Below the pieces are notes generated by a model, which saw only the letters and a list, made by a program, of their open reading frames with translations, was not told the DNA's origin and did not search any database. Positions 60,994 through 64,000 of a stretch of DNA of 64,000 nt are shown piece by piece. Each line of letters opens with the position of its first letter. The first letter of the stretch is position 1. The stretch covers positions 3,596,001 through 3,660,000 of the forward strand of contig CM102290.1 in the NCBI GenBank assembly GCA_046563655.1, read 5' to 3'. The stretch comes from Yuukianura sp. NJ FZ-2021 (lineage: Eukaryota). Both the position numbers and the translations under genes were made by a program.

Positions 60994-63221
60994 TCCCTCT
61001 GCGCAAAATGTCAAAGGTCAAAGTTTGTATTTTATAGCTAAAATTCATCTATCAAAACAAATAAGAATCAAAGTTTAAAAATTTAGTTACATCATTTAGG
61101 ATGGAAGTAAATTCTCAAAAAAAATCATTTTGTTTTTCAATTTTGTAAAACCCGGGTCACAAAACTGTATTCACGGTTAAGCAAAATGTCCATTTCAAAA
61201 AAGTTAACTAACTGTTGGTTGGAAGGTTTCAAACGTGTTGGCTTTTCCTTTTTCGAAATTTTGAGAATATAAAACCAGGATCAACTTCAGCAACAAAAAA
61301 AAGCTTTCAAAATAACTTTACCCAAAAATTTTCATTTTTGTTTTTCGAAATTTTTCGTTTTGTCAATGACACAGTTATAGTAAGGAGCAGAAGCAGCTGG
61401 GATTTGGCTGACTATTGATAAAATAGAAAGCGACACATGTGCCTTACTTTCACTCTCTAGCCTTCTATATCTCTGCATTGTTCTACAGATCAATGAGTCC
61501 ATCTAATCTAACTTTCCCAAAAAAAAAAATCAAAATTTTACAAAAACTGACTTTTAGAATGCTAAAAACCGTAAAAATTAGCCCATTTCCAAGCACCTTT
61601 ATGGCTACAATGCAACTCAAAATGAGATTTCAAAACTTACTTTATTTTTTTTACTTTCTCCTCCAGTGAAATTGTGTTGCAAAGTCTTTAGGCATGACCT
61701 TGACCTTTCCGTGTCTTCTGCCTTCCTGGATTGTGAATATCCGTTACCACAACTCTACCATTGTCACTACCAAATCCCAACTGTTTTTGGAGATGAATCT
61801 GATGTTAGATTTGAATTGACCTCCTTTTGTTATACGTTGTGGCACAATGCAGGGAAGTTGTGGATCGAAGGTTATAGGGATGATCAATTAGTGAAACTGG
61901 AGAGTGAGTGGTGGTGGTTGAATGTCAGTTTAGCAGAACAACAACAACGGAAACCGCACAATTTCCAAAAAACCACAAACGGTGGGACATGGGTGACGTG
62001 GGTTATTTGTCCTAACTGGCAGTCTCCAAATCCTGGAGGAATTGAACTTTGGATTTAGTTTTGGTGGAAAAAGTGAGTCTGGTGTAGCCTAACCTAGTAA
62101 GTGGCTTGAGGTGGAGAGTGGCAAGTGGTTCTGGAGGGAGCCAAGAACTGCAAGTGACGGTGTCCTGGTCTCCGTGGACCAAAATGGAGAAAGTGGGGGT
62201 GTTGTACAAGTAGGGGAGACACTCCTCGTGTCCTCCAGTTTCGAAGCTTGAACCAACTTGGCTTCGGGAACGAACGGCTCCTTTTCAATGACTCAGATGG
62301 AGAAAGTAGTGAAAGGTTAGGCTGGATGGACTAAATGGGCGGAGATCCAGGCGCATGACACTACGACGCAAACACACCACGCAAACTTGTGCTCCGGCGC
62401 TCCTTTCTTTCAGTTTTTAACTTTTTCGCCCGCTGGAGTCACTTTTTGAGTTTGGTCTAGAAAGTTTTTTGAGGAACTTGAGAATAAAACTGTTTTGAAT
62501 TTTACGTAGCATTTCCGTTTTGCCATAATTCGTTTCATAATTCAAAATTTTCAAGCCATTTAAAAATAGTTATTTTTATTTATTTATTCTTTTCAAAAAG
62601 AAAAACTTTGCAGTTGCGTTTCGTCCACCGTTATGTTTCCCACCAAAATTCAGACTCATTTGAAACCGGATCAAAATCGATTAAAACATGGTGATGAAAT
62701 ATGATTTTTTAGGTATAGTAGGATTTCTGTAGAACGTATACGGCACAAGAGGAAGATGACGATGGTTCTTGGATCCGAACAGTTGAGTACTATATTGAAC
62801 AAGCGAAGATGGTATTACATGTGGCACTGCCATTCCAACCAAAAATGGAACCTAAACCCACTCAAATCTTTTTTTGAATTTCGAAAATTCCCGCCTTTGC
62901 GTTTCCATGGAACCAAAACCCGATGCGGGGAAACCAAATTTCGAACAAACAAAAGAGTCAATATTTATAGCGCAAGTAGGGGGCGGCATTTGTCAAAAAA
63001 AAATCTGAGCTAACGACACCGCAATACGTGAATTATTATTGTTGCCTCGACACGGTAGTTCGCGACGTGAATTTTTGTCGAGACGCGGTATCACGCCACG
63101 TGAATATTTGTCTGGAACGCTAGTTGAAGACGTCAATTTCCTTCTGGACGCCACTGCACGTTACCATCGTGAATTTTTTTGCTCTCTTCAAACGCTTCCA
63201 ATTAAATTGAAGTTGAAAATA

Positions 63222-63380
63222 ATGTCTGGCGACACAGCGAAAAAAATGTTTGAGATTCAGCGCCAAGCAAATCGTTTTACATCTGAAGTGCAAGACTACG
63301 TTCGAAGCCTGGCTCAATGGACAGAGGAAATGAAGGTGGCGGAAAATTTGAAAATTGAAAATGACAAAACCATCAAGGAG
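63222..63380 (+). CDS. RPAP3: First coding exon of an RPAP3/Spaghetti-like gene (continues toward the window end)
   Basis: MSGDTAKKMFEIQRQANRFTSEVQDYVRSLAQWTEEMK resembles the RPAP3 N-terminal coil (KAIELQLQVKQNAEELQDFMRDLENWEKDIK). Donor after 63380; next acceptor at 63874. No TPR repeats lie inside the window. Confidence 0.55.
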
Positions 63381-64000
63381 GTTCGTTATGTACTTACAAA
63401 GTACCACCATCACTACCTTTGGCCTTAACGTGGAACTCGAAAAAAACAAGTACACTTGGAAAATAATAGGATTTTATTTTCGCAAAAATTCAAAAGGAAT
63501 TTTTCATTCATTTTCCCGCTTTCCCCTGCCATTGTCATCTCCAGTCGCTCAAAATTCAAAGAATTCCTCCCGCTTTTTTTTCTTTGCTGGCATTTCTTTG
63601 TCAAACATTTCTCGAAATTTCTCTGTTCCGTGGAATTTTTTAAAAAAGACTTTTTTGATGCTGTTGGGCGAGAAGTCAAGTTAAATTTTTCATTTCGACG
63701 AATTGCTTTCGTGATTCTAAATCCAAAAATACGCCAAACGAAATTCTTTTTTATAGTTTAAATTAAAATACCCAAAATGGTAATCCATTATCCACAAATC
63801 CATTCTTCTTCGGTCAAATTGTTTTAAATAATTTTTATCGTTAAACTTTAATTTTTGAACTTTTTTTTTTCAGAAAAGTGACGGCGGAACCAAAGCCCAA
63901 AAAATGTCAAACCGAATTCCACTTTGGACTGAAGATGATTGGGAAAATGGAAGAGGGCCCACAGCCTAAAAAAAGCGACATCCCATGCAGTGCTAAAATA

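Noticed and set aside
61666..62058. 130-aa plus-strand ORF upstream of the CADPS start
   Set aside because: No ATG start and no homology recognised; it lies antisense within the probable CADPS 5' UTR or intron region.

Overview
AT-rich eukaryotic (metazoan, arthropod-like) genomic DNA with short GT-AG introns; not prokaryotic. The first ~15 kb has no recognisable coding exon. It is followed by a gene-dense block, assembled by hand from splice signals: ELMOD3-like GAP (+), PCTAIRE kinase CDK16/17 with alternative N-terminal exons (+), DNAJC21 (-), a gene encoding only the C-terminal part of URB1/Npa1 (-), a prolyl 4-hydroxylase alpha subunit (+), an SPMIP1/ATP6V1FNB-like protein (+), an acidic protein carrying only the STAG/SA-binding segment of RAD21 (+), CADPS/CAPS (-), and the start of an RPAP3-like gene (+). 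Several MITEs and non-autonomous DNA transposons with TIRs and TSDs are visible. The most notable observations are: the stand-alone RAD21 STAG-binding protein; the truncated URB1 next to a transposon carrying an in-phase spliceable exon; frame-preserving 12-, 18-, 21- and 75-nt alternative exons in CADPS; a tandemly multiplied 3' splice site; and dense AGGTCA direct repeats in CADPS introns. Homologies are from recalled family motifs, not database searches.
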